Shown here piece by piece: positions 25,200 to 39,992 of a stretch of 64,000 bases of DNA (the first letter of the stretch is position 1; each line of letters begins with the position of its first letter). The stretch covers positions 2,232,001 through 2,296,000 of the forward strand of contig NC_043008.1 in assembly GCF_006345805.1 (NCBI RefSeq), written 5' to 3'. Position numbers and translations under genes: made by a program. The notes beneath the pieces are model-generated. The model did no database searches. It had not been told where the DNA came from and was given only the letters and a program-made list of their open reading frames with translations. The DNA comes from Octopus sinensis. Lineage: Eukaryota.

Positions 25200-26789
25200 A
25201 CACATATATATGCACACATACACACACACAAACACACACACACACACACACATATATGCGTATGTGGGTACAGGACATCACTAACCGTAAGCAACATGAA
25301 ATACGAAAGCAAATGAGTTGAATATGTAAAAAACGAGAGAAACAAATGGAAAACCGGGAAAGTACATAAAGACCGACCCTTCATCGAGCATTGAATGACA
25401 ACATGAGTCCAACAAAATCCAAAATTAAATTTGAGATTTATGGAGAATGAATGCCAGAATTAAAATAATAATTTCTGGTCAGGATTCTATCAAACAAACG
25501 CGTTGAATGCGCCTTAAGATGACCGTAAAGAATGACTGAAAGAAGTAAGATCCAAACGACGAATATCAGAGCAACAGAGTCTCAAACGCTGTGGAGGAAG
25601 TCGCTTTTGTCGCTCAAATGTTACTTGTCTGTTATACTACGTAGATGACGAGTAAATTCTACTTCGCTTGGTGTATAATTGAAATCAGGATTACTTAGAT
25701 TTAATTAAATATGAAATGATAATTTGATCTCCACACAAATAATTTTGATTATACATACACGTATCCGGCATCTGTTCACTGAATTTCCTTGCTGAATATC
25801 ATCTTCTATTAATAAACCATCTCAAACTTATGTCTTTAAGTATCCCATAAAATGGACATTCTATCAATCGTTATTACAACCATGCTCATGACGTGCATGA
25901 AGGCAGTATGTGTATCAAACTATTAATTTTTCGTTTTTGAAATATTCCATATTCCAGCTCAGTGAGTTGACATGAACATGCTGCCAACATTCAGCAGAAC
26001 TCATGTATGAGTGATGCTGTTATGAATCTAGGGTGTAGATGCAGCATATCAAAATTCCTCTGACAATAAAAAAAAATGGAATCGACGATTTTGATTTGTA
26101 TTAAGGATGCTTGCTTGTTTTTATGTCATGTGTTGCAGGGGAAATTTTGCGTAATTGTACAGCATAATATAAATATTAGCGAAACATAACGAGCAAATAA
26201 GAAGGTATGTGTAAAATGAAACATTATATAGGAATAGTGTGTGTTGTCAGGGATATAAAAAAAGAAACACAGTAAATCGGATTCACGCCCCTGTCAACGA
26301 AACCTAAATTTCCCTATCATTATTTCACCATAGGATTTATATGAAAATCGTTGTTCTGTATAATACCAATGAACATATAATACATTTATGCTAATAAAAT
26401 ATGGTGTTACTGTAAACGATGTGCAAATATATATTGCGTCACAACTGCTCCTAAGTCAAGTTTCGAAGAAGAAGTTTCATAATCAGAAACGTGTTTGTAC
26501 TAAAGTCAATGCACCGATTTTATAAAATATTTGGTAGCAAATTCCGAAACGATTTGTTGTAGAAATCTAAAATTTTATATTTTTTGGCAGATGTTTTCCT
26601 ACAAATTTCCAATAATTAACCTTAAGAATTTGAATTCTTCAGCAATACAAGTTAATAGCCCTGCTTAGTTCAGAGATGTAGTTAAAAATTATCTGGCGAT
26701 CACAAATTAGTGTACAGGGAAATAATTCTGAATGCATATTCTGAAGAAAGAAACATGCGAAAACACACGCACATATATAAGCAAATAAT

Positions 26790-26795
26790 ACACAC

Positions 26796-26828
<33 letters not shown>

Positions 26829-26908
26829 TGTATGTATGTATGTATGTATGTATTAGTATGTATGTATGTATGTATATATATATATATATATATATTCATA
26901 CACGTAAT

Positions 26909-27003
<95 letters not shown>

Positions 27004-27040
27004 ATATAAAGATATATATGCATATATATATGTTTGTGTG
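26790..27040. repeat. (TATG)n + (TA)n microsatellite
   Basis: Direct tandem. Confidence 0.95.
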
Positions 27041-27420
27041 TGTTTATATATGAGGAAACGAAAGCATAAAAACAAAAACATAGAAAACGAACTTTTTTTC
27101 AAAAAAATAAAAACCAGAGGAAGGAGACATGCAGCATAAAGAACATTCCCCTTCATCAGTTGTCGTTATTTCATCTACTCCACGTTTTCGAAAGTAAGGA
27201 CAATACACGACTTTGTTGAAACAGGCCTACCCGCAAAGCAAATGAAATAAAATTTGGAATTTAATGATGAGGGTGAAAGTGTTAACAAGAAAAGGACAGT
27301 TAGAATAAGACAGTAAAAATAAACGGTTGGGGATGTTAAGTCAAGACGATGTGAAAAATAATGAACGCTGGAAGGACGAGATGAGAAGAGACAGGTAAAA
27401 ACACGTCTTGTTTTTACGTG

Positions 27421-27465
<45 letters not shown>

Positions 27466-28208
27466 ATGTATATATCAATATTGCAAAAGACAGAGACAAA
27501 TAGATAGTTAGCTACGTACATAAAATAATACAGTTGCTACTATGCGTTTATACCAAACTTCCGTGAGAATTGCAAACTGTATATGAGAAATATCAATAAA
27601 AAAATGTTATGCGTATTTTCTTTTACAGTTAAATTTTTTCTGTAAAAAAAACATTCTTTTAGCTGTTTGGTTATTGATATTTTGTGTTCTTTTACATATT
27701 TTGTATAATTTCTTCAGAGGAAAAAAGTATTACAATACACCAAATAGAAAGGAAAAATATTTTCGTTATTTTCCTTAAAAAAAACAAAGCTAAAGCTTAG
27801 TAGAATATACAATAATCTATAATGTTTATCTTTTTCATCAGAAGTTAAACATTGTGTTATTGGATTATTTTGTTGATTTCTGGATTGCATTTGTTCGATA
27901 AAGCACTAGTGACAGGGGTAACCGATGACTCATATTCTCAGTATGATGTACACAAACCGCACAGCTTTATGCCATAAGACAGAAGCTTTGCTTACCACAG
28001 GTTATCTGAGATGTTTTGCACAGTACCCTAACAACCTATTGACTAAAATTGCACTCTATAAAATACGTAAAAATGCATTTGTGGAAATTTTTGTGTGTAT
28101 TTCACTAGGAAAGTAAAGAAATTTTACTCCCACAAACTATTTATATATTTGAATAAGCACGTACACATATATATATAGATTGATAGATAGGGAGTTAAGT
28201 AGAGAGTA

Positions 28209-28267
<59 letters not shown>

Positions 28268-28268
<1 letters not shown>

Positions 28269-29000
28269 AAGATTTTGTTTTGAGTTCGTTGGTTTGAAGA
28301 AGATGTCGGTTTCAATGTCAATATCTCTTGGAAGACCAAATATAAGAAAACGATAGAGTGAAATTTGGAGACAAATCCCAAAATACTCATCAACTGGAAA
28401 CGCTACCTGGATGAGTGTTTCATTCTGTAGTCACATAACATTGATCAACTCACAAAATTTAAAACATTATCCAGCTCAAAATTGAATGCAGCCACAAACA
28501 ACTAACCTTCCTGGACATTTTAATCATGAAAAGAGACACTGAATTTGAAACCGACATCCTCAAACGAACGGACTGAATAGCAACATCTTCTATTCTGCTC
28601 TTGCCCACACAAATCATACTAAAATGAATAAAGCGATCAATTTAGCAAGAAAAATTGCACCAACTCCCGAAACCCGAGAAAAGCAACTCCAACAGCTAAC
28701 AAACACATTACTAGATGGAAAATACCCGGCCAGTACAATTAAAAACCGAATAGAATGTGCAAAAATGATAGACAGCCTAAAGTTAAGGAAAACAAGAAAG
28801 CACCACGACAAACTTAAAACATTATCTTACGTATCAATACACAATCCGAGGAACATTGAAACATACAAATTCATTCACCAAAACACATGTCTACTTATGT
28901 AGGGCCTGCGAATGAAGAAGCCATACGAAACACATAGGATTATTAAAAGCAAGAGACAACCACAATCGCTAAAATAGTTACTCACCAGCGCCAACATACA
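28268..29000 (+). pseudogene. Old Penelope-like RT/thumb fragment with short inverted 5' segment
   Basis: NWKRYLDECFIL* (28392-28430), LTFLDILIMKRDTEFETDI, and ORF 28624..28902, homologous to 62160-62400 (NLAKRV..TREIRLQ..YPSTLI..YISTHNPKNIEAY). 28268-28315 is an inverted copy of 28545-28590. Confidence 0.88.
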
Positions 29001-30454
29001 ATTTTAAGTCAGGTCAAACATTTTTCGATAAAAAAATCACTTCACCTGTGCTTCGAAGACCTGAATCTATGTTACATTTAGTTATTACACACCATCAATC
29101 ATTCACACTCTCTCTGACTGTTTCTCTCTCCCACTATCTTTCACTCAATCAATCAGTCTATTTATCTATCTATCAATCTATCTATCTGTCTGTCTGTCTG
29201 TCTATCTATGTATTTCTGCAGTGAACATAAAAACGATTGAATATCAAAAATATTGTAAAGTTATGAACTGCATCCAGTACTGCGTGATAACTTTGGAAAA
29301 TAGCTAGAAATTATTAAAAAAATATTTATTGAAGCAACAGTATTTTTATCAAGATAAAATCATTTTTGTACTGTGATTCATTAGAATCAGATTAATTGCA
29401 GATAATACGTAATTTCTTTGTAAGAGAAGAAATATATATATATATATATGTGTGTGTGTGGGGGTGTATGTTTGTGTATGTGTGTGTGTATTTGTGTGTG
29501 AGTTTCAGTGTGTATATATTGGCATGTGCATACACTCACACACAAACATACACACAGAGACATACATGTATATGTGCATATACATGTATATAAACATGTA
29601 TATATATATTTATTATATATATATATATGTATGTATGCATATATATGTATGCGTGTGTATATATATATATATGTATATATAGAGATTGATAGATAGAGAG
29701 AGTGAGAGAGTGAGAGAGTGAGAGAGAGAGAGAGATAGATTAATTGATATATAGAGAGGGAGAGAGAGAAATAGTGAGAGAGGGAAGGATTGATTGCATG
29801 TAATAACTAAATGCATCTCCCTCTGGCACGCTCTCTCTCTATATATATATATCTATTTTTATACACTCACGCAGACACACATACACACACACACACACTC
29901 AAACATACAGACACACACACACACACATACACATATGCTGAGATTTTATGATAGTTTTGACAAAAATCCAAGTTATTGAATATTCCTCTGGAGCATCCAC
30001 ATCTCTGTTTTAGAATTGTTTTCAAAACTCATTCCATAAAGTTTGAAATGTAAGCAGATTTTGGTGGTGACCGCTTCTGCTGAAATTGGAATTAGTAAAG
30101 ATTGAAAAATCGATAGTAAATGTTGAGTTTAGTGAATGATTTAAAAGTTAGATCGATGGAAAAACATAACCGCGACAAGAATGCCACACAGTTCCTTTCA
30201 AGTGCAATCAATGCAGCCGGTACTTTCCCACATATGTTGGCCTCCCTCTATTCACATCGATAATACGCTGTCAACAAAGGAAAATCGATTCTTTGTAGGC
30301 ACAGATTTCTCGTCTCCCGAGAATAATGGCCTGATCCGCACACATTCACCCCCACACCTATTTCTATACACATTTCTACATACTTCTGCGTGCAACTACG
30401 CACTTATATATGTATACATACATACATACATACACACACATATATATATGTATA

Positions 30455-30499
<45 letters not shown>

Positions 30500-30959
30500 T
30501 GGAAAAAAGTGAAGGTAGAACATGCTAAAATAATTTTATAGAAGACATTTCAGTACCGGTTTTAGCCATTGATGCTTTTTCAATTCTAACTATGGAAAAT
30601 AATCAAATTTGGGAAAAATTAAAAGAAAAGTTTTTTTAAAAGAATATTTGCATAGTATTCAAATACAAGGGGCATTTTCCTTGTTTATGCCCGTCTCTGT
30701 GTCTTTTGTTTACTCTTGTGCATTTGAGGTCGTATATATCAAATGCAAATTCCGATGAAAGTAAACAAAGTTACCTTTAGAAGCGCAGAGATGTATTGAA
30801 AGATAAGGAAACAATTATTTTCTTATTTTTCTCATATATATAGATACATACACAGATATGTTTAATCCACTGGTAAACCGTAGTGACTCAGCGATGTCAA
30901 GTACTACCAAAAGCAATATCCTCGTGGAAGACTTGGTTAGAATAATGAGTTAGGGTAAA

Positions 30960-32795
30960 TTCTGAAATACATCAGAACAAAAAAAAAATCACAGAAACAA
31001 ATAATGTGAGCAAGGCAGCAAATATTATTGTAGCAGAAACTGTGGGTGTTGAAGTAAAAAAAAAGGGATATAATGAGCGTGATAAAAGAAAAAAGAACAT
31101 GGTGGAAAAGATGACTACAGGCGGGGTTGGATATGCTCTCCAAGGACATTTCTGTGTTAGAACTAAAAGAGAACGGGGAGCTTAAAAACTAACTTAGCCA
31201 TGTCATGAGTTAACTATCGTAAGGCGTACGATATGATCCCACAATCTTGGATTATGAATGTATGGCATTGCATCGAATGCTTGGAAAAAGTATGATGAAG
31301 TGGAGGACGGAAAAGAGAGCATATGGAGGAAGTTTAGGGTCAATAAAAATCAGGGGCGGGGGCTTCTAACAAGTGGACAGCCTGTTCCCACTGATATTTG
31401 TACTGTGCTTGGTACCACTGACATTGATTGTGAGGAAAGCAAAGGATGGGTACATCTTGAAGAGAGGCAAGACCATTTGTATGGATAGGCTAGCGATACC
31501 ATCTGGGAAGGTTATGAAGCAGATAAAAGAGACGGGCTGTAAGTACATGGTGATACTGAAAATGGATGAATTGATGGAGAAAGAAATGACAGAAAAATTT
31601 AAGGTTGAGTCCTTGCACAGTCTGTGACTGATTCTTAAGTCCAAATTAAACGGACGGAAACAGATTGAAGCTATGAACACCTGAGTGGTTTCATTACTTA
31701 GATATGGAGCAGAGCTAATCTCATGGACACTAGACGAACTAAACATCTTAGACAGAAAGACAAAGAAGTTGCGAACTAGATATGGCATATACTTCTCCTA
31801 AAAAGTGACGCAGACAGACTATATGCACCAACAAAAAGAGGGGGAAGAGGACTTATTGGATGCGAACACGCCATTAGAGCAAGAAAAAAACAACAGAGCC
31901 TGGTATGTAAAAAATGCCGCAGATCCACTATTATGGGAAATAAGATCAGTCTGGTGTAGGATGAAAGACTACAAAGATAAAGCAATGTGCAAGCACTTAA
32001 GAATGAATGAAACTGCAAATAGGTGGATAGGAAAAGAAGGCATGTACAATTTCATAGAGATGTTGAAGGTAACACAGGGAGAGAAGAAATATGTCTGTTG
32101 ATGACTAAGAGTAATTTAAAATAGGAAAAGGAGTTTCTAATCTGCGCTGCCCAAGAGCAAGCATGAAGAATCAATTACATCAAATACAGAGTAGACAACA
32201 CATCAGAAAGTGATAAGTGCAGAATTTGTGGACAGAAATGTGAAACCGTATGGCATATTGCCAGTCAATGTACGTTACTAGCCCAGAAAGAATATAAGTG
32301 ATGACATGACAATATAGCAAGTGTTGTCCATTGGACACTTTCTAACAAGTATGGACTTGACGGAGAAAAAAAGTGGTAGAGATAGAGAATAGTAAACCAG
32401 ATATTCTGTTAATTGAGATAGAAAGGAAGCAATGCTGGATTATAGATATAGAATGCCCAGCTGTCAACGAGGTATGCAATAAGGAAGAAAAAAATGATAG
32501 ATATGACAGGTTAACTTGAGAGGTGAAGCAGTTGTGATCGATGAAAAAGTTGGTAGTTGTGCCAATAATTTTCGAAGCCCTGGGAACAGTGATTAAAAAT
32601 CTCGAAACGTATGTGGTGCTAATACAAGCTGCAATAAGGGTGGGGCATTCGCAGAAAGCAACACTGTTTGGGACCGCTCGAATACTCTGGAAAGTGCTCG
32701 AAAAATAATGGGTGTTATCTTAGTTCACTGGTAGTGAACAGCTGACACCGTAGTACATCTCCAGTGTTAATAGCTGTGCAAAAGTAATAATAATG
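30960..32795 (+). mobile_element. R4/Dong-clade RLE-type non-LTR retrotransposon, internally deleted and decayed
   Basis: N-terminal TETNNVSKAANIIVAE..WWKR; RT motif QVDSLFPLIFVLCLVPLT (31367-); LKSKLNGRKQIEAMNT..LLRYGA; CCHC knuckle CRICGQKCETVWHIASQC (32218-32271); RLE motif KPD..IIDIECP (32394-); stop at 32706-32708; (TAA)-type tail at ~32787. Confidence 0.92.
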
Positions 32796-35700
32796 ACGAT
32801 GATGATGATGAGGAGGGGGAGGAGGAGGAGGAAGTAGAAGTAGATGATGATGATGGTTAAAACACTAATCAATGAACAAACTATATCACAGACATTTGTC
32901 AAAAAATTCAGTGCTCGAAAAGGAAGTTTTCCTATAAGAAAAGACAGAGCAGCACCTGTAGGGAATGTTTGAAAAGGGGAATAGGGTAAGGAGACGAATA
33001 GTGGGATTGTGGGTTGGGTTGGCAAGAGTATTCCGAGAAAGGGAATCATGAAAAAGTGAATTTCCTGAATGGTAACAGTGGTCAACGGTGGCAGGACTAC
33101 AATGGCAAAGATTGTGATTTCTTCTGTTGGGGTAATATGAAAGTGGGAATTAAATCTTCGTATTTTGTTCAGGTTAAAATATCATAAACAAGACGTTTAA
33201 TGTGCTGGTTAAAGGAGAGAAAGAAAGAGAGCAGGGACCAATGAAGGATGGTGGTGTGAAAATAAAGTGTAGGCTTTAGGAATATGAGGATGTATGGTGT
33301 GGGCTTTTGAGAGAGTGCAGCGGAGTATGACATGAATAACAATTATAAGAATAGGAGAGGAGAATACTAAAATATGGAGGGGTGGGGGTTAGATTCCATA
33401 CTAAGATTGAACTCATGTCGGAAGAGGTTGACGTGAAATTAACGGTTTGTAGTCCTTTGGTGTTAATTGCAAAGCTTCAAAAGAAACATTAATTCCATCG
33501 ATCTCACCGGAGTAAAATAGCTTGGAAAAACAATTAGCAATGTTAAGATCTCAGGAGATGTCTAAAAGGGACATATTCCTTCATCCTTCTGAAATTTATC
33601 AGTGAAATACTGTTCTAAAAGTGTTGAATGTAAATGTGTCGACAAAAACACAAGACTAGTAAATATATTTATTTTATTTAAATCTCATGTTGTTTATGTT
33701 TCAGAGTTTATTTATTCTACTTAAAGTCACTATTGACCGAAATCGTTGTTCTTGTTTAACACATCGTAGTGTCTAAAAATTCATATCAGACATTCGTTCG
33801 CGAATCATTTTGTAGCTTATGAAATTGCTTCCCACAGTAGATATCCATAAATTATTGATAATTAAACGGTTAATGTATGAATTTAAGCTGCCCTATTTCG
33901 GTCATTGCCACTCATCTCAATTTTTTCCATATTCTTTTGAAACATGAAATATGAAATATCTTAAATAATGCCCGTGACCTGCACTAATGAAGAAAAACAA
34001 ACATCAATTCCCGGAGTTTTCCTCTATTTTATGGATTGGTTATAGAAAGCATACGGGGACCTAAGAAATTCACACACCATCCGTTCTCCTTTACAACCGA
34101 CAATATAAATAAACAACCATTACACATTGGTAGATATCAGTAAATAATTTGTTTGGGGAAGTCACAAATAAGTACCAGTAACATGTTACATATATTAGAC
34201 CATGGTATGTTTATATTAGGAGCAAAACCCTTCTCGAACAACCACATATAATAAGCCTACATATGTCTGACAACAGAAGAAATTGAACATGGATTGGCTT
34301 ATTCTCGTTCGAATATTCCGAATATCATGAAGAATCACCGTTTGGATCCTCGTCGTTCGGGGTGAACATGACGATTTATAATAGCAGGCATAGAATGAAG
34401 AACAAATAATGTGTTACTTGAATTCATATTCAAGAGGTGCAAATGTTTGGTTCAATAATCTGGTATAGCTTCTACTGGGGAAACACAAGAGTTTCCAAAT
34501 ATCGATTGACATGAAATATCCTACCCATTCCCTAAAGAATAGCGTTTGTTCTGAAGACTCATTCCTTTGAAAAATAAAGCTGTCCTCCATTGATTAATTA
34601 CAGCAGCGAATAGCATTTTCAAGTTCCAATGCACCTACAAGTAATATGCCAGGAATGCTGAAATTTTTATTGTCAACTGTCTCTTATAATTTTGTATTAA
34701 TGGTATACTAATGTCTGGCTTTGATACTGCATCTTGTGTTGGTCTTTGGCTTCTGCGTCGAGTGTTCGATTCTCATAATGTAACCGATTTTCCTTCTGAA
34801 TTCGATCATTATATAATGCTAAAACTACACAAACAGTTGAATCTCCTTCGGAGTCTCTTGCTACTCACCGCTGCTGTTCTTTTCTTATAACCCTTTTGTA
34901 AAATACACCCTCTGGCAGTTCAGTGAATCAAATAATTTTTTGACATGAAGCATGCATTCATTTGCGTTTTTTCGTGCGTGATTTGTACTTCAATTTCATT
35001 CGTTTGCCTTTCAATACGGAACATTGATTAAGAGCAGAAAATCACACACAGTTTTCTGACAACTTGTGATGTTTCATCCATTATTAATCTTTGTTTTGTC
35101 GTCCATGAACAATGCATTGTACCCTTTTAAAGGAAATAATGACCCTGAATTGCGACGTATAGCAAAATACATTTAACTATAAATATTAACGATGACAACC
35201 TATGCTGCATACGATGACGCCGAAACTGTGTAATGTTCGACAATATTTGAGAAGGGATATGTTCACATATATTTCTTTCATTGTGGTGAAAATGCAGTTG
35301 AAATCCTGGATTGAGCACTTTCAGGTAGTCGAGGATGATCCACCTAAAATTAATGAAATTCATTTCGATTTCCCCCCCTTAATTTATCCCATAAATCTAA
35401 AGCATGCTGAAAACAAGCTAAAAAACTGAATTTCAGTTTCTGATATATTCCTTTTTTCACCACCACAAATATTTTGAAATATCGGCATATGAGGTGTTTC
35501 GAATCATTGAATGTTATGCATGAGTCATGGTAGCTGAAATTCCTGAACACATTGGGCGAAGGCTTTGCCACGTTTAATATTCTCCCTCTCACACTCTCTC
35601 TCCCTCTTTCTGTCTACGCCCTTTCTCTCATTCTCTCTCTCTCTCTCTCTCCGCTCAAATGCATTTGAAAGTTAATACTCGTTAACGCAACGAACATAAC

Positions 35701-36471
35701 TGATCATTATGAAACATGACAGATCTTGATTCATGCAAGCCCTGACCTGAATACAAAGAGCTACAATTATTGTTCCAACAAACAGAATACCTTTTAGGCG
35801 TGCATTAAAAATGTGGGTGGAAAACTGATTTGCTACATGTGACAGTCAAACCTAATACAAACCGCATTCTGGACTTAAACAAGAAGTGAAATTTGAGATG
35901 TAGAGACCAATATATGATATAGTGGAACATATAATAGGAAACTATGAGGAACATATCTAATGATACGGTAGAATCAAAAACTGCCTCTTGAGGATTGTGA
36001 ATTTGCTAAGGAGCAAAGAAAACGTGTTTATTTAAGTATAATCTATTCCTTTCTACTCTTATGTTTAATGTAACAAAACAAAGAAATAAATATTTAAAGC
36101 CACCTGAACAACAAAATACATCTGCCTACTTCGAGCAAAGCCTTTTTTCATTGCTCAAGATTTTCGTGGATTAACTAATGTTTCATGGATGGCGAGAAGA
36201 TATAGTGAGGAAATTATTTAAGAAATCACTTGAAGAGGCCCATTCTATACCAGAAATGTGAGACCGTCGATTGTACAGCACATCGAATATGACCTACTGG
36301 TTCGAAAATGAGTCGAATCAATTGTAGTAATCTTAAAGTATCTCGTAAATAGTACTATCTGTCACTCTATCTGTTTATCTCTCTCTCTATTTATCCATCC
36401 ATCCACCATCCAACCGGCCATCCATCTATCCATACATCTGTCTATCTATATATCTATATATCTATCTATAT

Positions 36472-36550
<79 letters not shown>

Positions 36551-37204
36551 CATATATATACATATATATATACACACATATATATGTATGTATATATATA
36601 TATATAATATATATATTCATTAAATAAATCATATGGTTTAGTTTAACTGTAAATCACGTTCACTTTTTGAGAGTCCGTTAATTAGAAAGACGGAAGATGG
36701 AAGATACGCGAATGGTTATTTATTATTACAACTGTTTCGACCCCACTAGCATTGTTTCCTTATAGGTTGGGTACTGAACATATGATTTCAATGCATCTGT
36801 CTCTGTAGATGTGTCTCCTGAGGATAAAAAGGCATATCGTCAAAATAATTATTTTTGGTGTATTGTGTATTTGTTCTTGTTGGAATCTGATATTTGTTCT
36901 ATATCTTCTGTAATGATGAAGCTGTGTCCCTTAGTTTACAGCTTTCATATACATATATGAAGAAGAAATCTTGCGGAACAACGGACGTTATATTAACGAG
37001 ATATTTCTTGTCACTTGAGAAATACATCTACACAGACGGATACATCTAAGACAGATGATCGGTATCCTATTCGTGAGTAATTGATGGTAGATAGGTCGAT
37101 ATAACTGTAGCGATTATGTGTGTGTTTTCGTGTGTTTATGTGTGTGATATGAGTATGCGTGTGTCAGCGTCTGTGTCTGTGTGTGTAGGCACATACATGA
37201 GATC

Positions 37205-37330
37205 CTTTTTTTCAGTTTCCTCTACCAAATCCATTGCCAATACTGTGGCTGGCCCAAAGCCATTGTAGAAGACACTTGTCACGGTGACATGCAGTGAAAC
37301 TCAAAACCATGTTGTTCAGAAGCAAACTTC
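37205..37330 (-). mobile_element. SINE family A 5' half, diverged
   Basis: ttcagtttcctctaccaaatcc..agaagacacttg..accatg matches the family A reverse complement. Confidence 0.7.
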
Positions 37331-37372
37331 TTTTCTCAAAGCAATTCCAGCTTCTAACACACATACACACAC

Positions 37373-37455
<83 letters not shown>

Positions 37456-37492
37456 CAGTTGCGTTGTGTGGTGTACGACTGTGAACGTGTGA

Positions 37493-37528
<36 letters not shown>

Positions 37529-39706
37529 CCGAGTATTTAAAATAAAATTTTTTTTTAAAATAATATGTAAATGAGAAGTGAATTAAGCTCCAAAATAGGA
37601 ACATTTTTTTGCAGAACTTGTTTAAATATATACTTATTCATAAGTAAGCATCTAATCTTTATTAGAGAGGCGTATTGGATTTCAAGATTAAACAACTTTC
37701 GTTTTTATCTGCTATTCTATATATATATTATCTTAGAAATTTCCCAAAATAACAGATTTTGATATGAAATGATTTTTATATTCTGGATGGAATATGATAA
37801 AAATATTATCACATGATTTTCTGATTCTCTATTGTTACTTCACCACTTATCACTTTTGTCTCTTTTTGTGTGAATATGATCGTGTATATATAGAACAATG
37901 TGTATGTAAGCATGTAAGCATGAACAGAAACACGCACTTTTGTTTTTCAATAGCTGTAAATAAAACCTAAAACTGCGATCATATGGAGAAAAGAAAATGT
38001 AGATGACGTTTTCCATCACCATCGAAGAACAAAAGACAAACCATTACCATACTTATGCTTCCTGATAATATCTCTCATGGACACATGCAATTTCTATTTT
38101 CTGAACAATACTAATGCTTCTAAAATAACTTTTCTTTTCCTTATATTCTGCTAAGTATGACAGTCTGAATGCCAGTTGAATCAGATTACAGAAATGATTT
38201 CTTTAGATTTGATTTGATAATAATTGATATTTCTGGTTGTTTTCTGTCGCTCGTTAATTCAATTAAAATATTATAATAATGAGTGGTATATTATATCCCC
38301 ACATTTAACACCCTAGAGTAATATTGCAATAATTCATCCAAATATCAATGTTTACATTCTCTTGAACGTAAACATGCTTTCATGGGTAGGACGTGATTTG
38401 TTGAGGTAAATATTCATAAATTGAATTCAAAGAAGCCAATATTTCCCCGTGGCCGGTCATGTTTTCGCAAAATATTGGAAACGAAGGGCATTGTTTGTTT
38501 CATAGCTAAACTCATTTACAAATATTACCCTGCCAAGATAATGTATACACACACAAATGCACTCACGTAAAAACATATACATATAAACAAATATAAACGA
38601 GTGTGTTTGTGTGTATGTTTGTTTACCTATCACCAGAGAGTCGTGGGTTATTATTTACTCTTTTATCCAAATATCTATACTTCAAGCTCTTCTGTTTTTC
38701 TTACATCTCACTTCTCTCATTTCTAATATGCAGCTAATTTTCTACGTCCGAAACTCCATAAAGCACTTTTATTTCATTCCCTGTCATCCTCTCTACAGCA
38801 TTGCTTCAAAAATCTACAGTAAAACCGCATCGGCCCTATTTGGTGTTCGAGCAACACGTTCCCTAATAATTTGGAAATTTGCATTGCAATTCTGTGAATC
38901 TCTACAAAACTTCACCTGCCGACAACATTAGCAGCTCTCAAATAATTTGGTTGCTAGACCTCAAGGAAAACCAAGGGTGAAAGCCATGTCTTGGACCGCC
39001 GTATCTCCATATAGAATGATTTTAACGTATACCTCAAACACACATGAGTGTGCTTTCCATTAATATCACCGTGCAACCTTTAAAGGCAACCTTGATATTT
39101 TATGATATATGTTTGTTTAATTCTTTAATTTTGCCATCTTATATGCTTTAACATGATTATATGTATGTGACATGTGAAGCAAATACGGAGTGATTACTTT
39201 GCCTGTGAAGGTTTAACACTGTACAGTATATAGGCTTTATAATTCATCGCCTTGTAAATATCTCACCTGTGATTTCTATTTATATTCTGTAATTCGCTTC
39301 TGCAAGAGTCACTAACACGTATGCACACACGCATATTAATATAGCATGATCAATATATTGTATTTTCTGCACATATGGTTATCATGTTATGACGGTGAGA
39401 GTTCTTGCAGACACCGTGCTTAATTTATGTTCTATAATTCTTTATTTATAAACTATAATCCATATATTTGCAACACGCAAAATAGCTAGTTCTAAAATCT
39501 CCAGAAGAGACTAGAGTAGTAACTATATGAACTAAAATATGATGTGGCGACTGACTTTACTTTATCGTAGAGTTTCTACTCTAATCTATATATTGTTCAT
39601 TACAAACTGCTGGAGCGATCTTCCGGTGTTTTACTGAAATTGTTCTTGAAATTCAGACCACTTCACATCCGGCTCTCTATCATCGTCAAGATTAATCCAT
39701 CTACAC

Positions 39707-39992
39707 CAGAGGTTCTGAAGCTTTTCGGGAACCACCCCCTCATGACCACATAATACCCTCAGCGCCCCGGTCCATATTTTTATGTATAAATAAATATTTT
39801 ATATTTCATTAATTTATATATACTATGAATCATTTGATATTTAATATATTATAAACTTTTTATACAATACTCTACTCACAACTCCTCCTTTGTCTCTACC
39901 GCTAACCCGCACCAACCCCTTAGACATTAGTGCCGATCTGGACCCTCTCAATGCCCATCGGTGGGCTGTAGCGCCCACTTTGAGAACCTATG
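39707..39992. mobile_element. hAT (Charlie-like) MITE
   Basis: Termini cagaggttctgaag and (reverse complement) cataggttctcaaagtg resemble CAGGGGTTCTCAAA TIRs; the 8-bp TSD is not clearly conserved. Confidence 0.55.

Noticed and set aside
27140-27200. CTGATGA on the minus strand as another hammerhead
   Set aside because: No correctly placed GAAA or consistent stems for type I, II or III topology.
32930-33480. Possible L1/Tx1 endonuclease remnant on the minus strand (FAINTKGLQ); similar hints at 38700-38930, 42055-42260 and 54650-55000
   Set aside because: Only isolated weak motifs; too decayed to support a call without a search.
36793-37043. 56-bp imperfect inverted repeat (36793-36848 versus 36988-37043)
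   Set aside because: About 66% identity with only the outer 20 bp well paired and no TSD; probably an old MITE trace.
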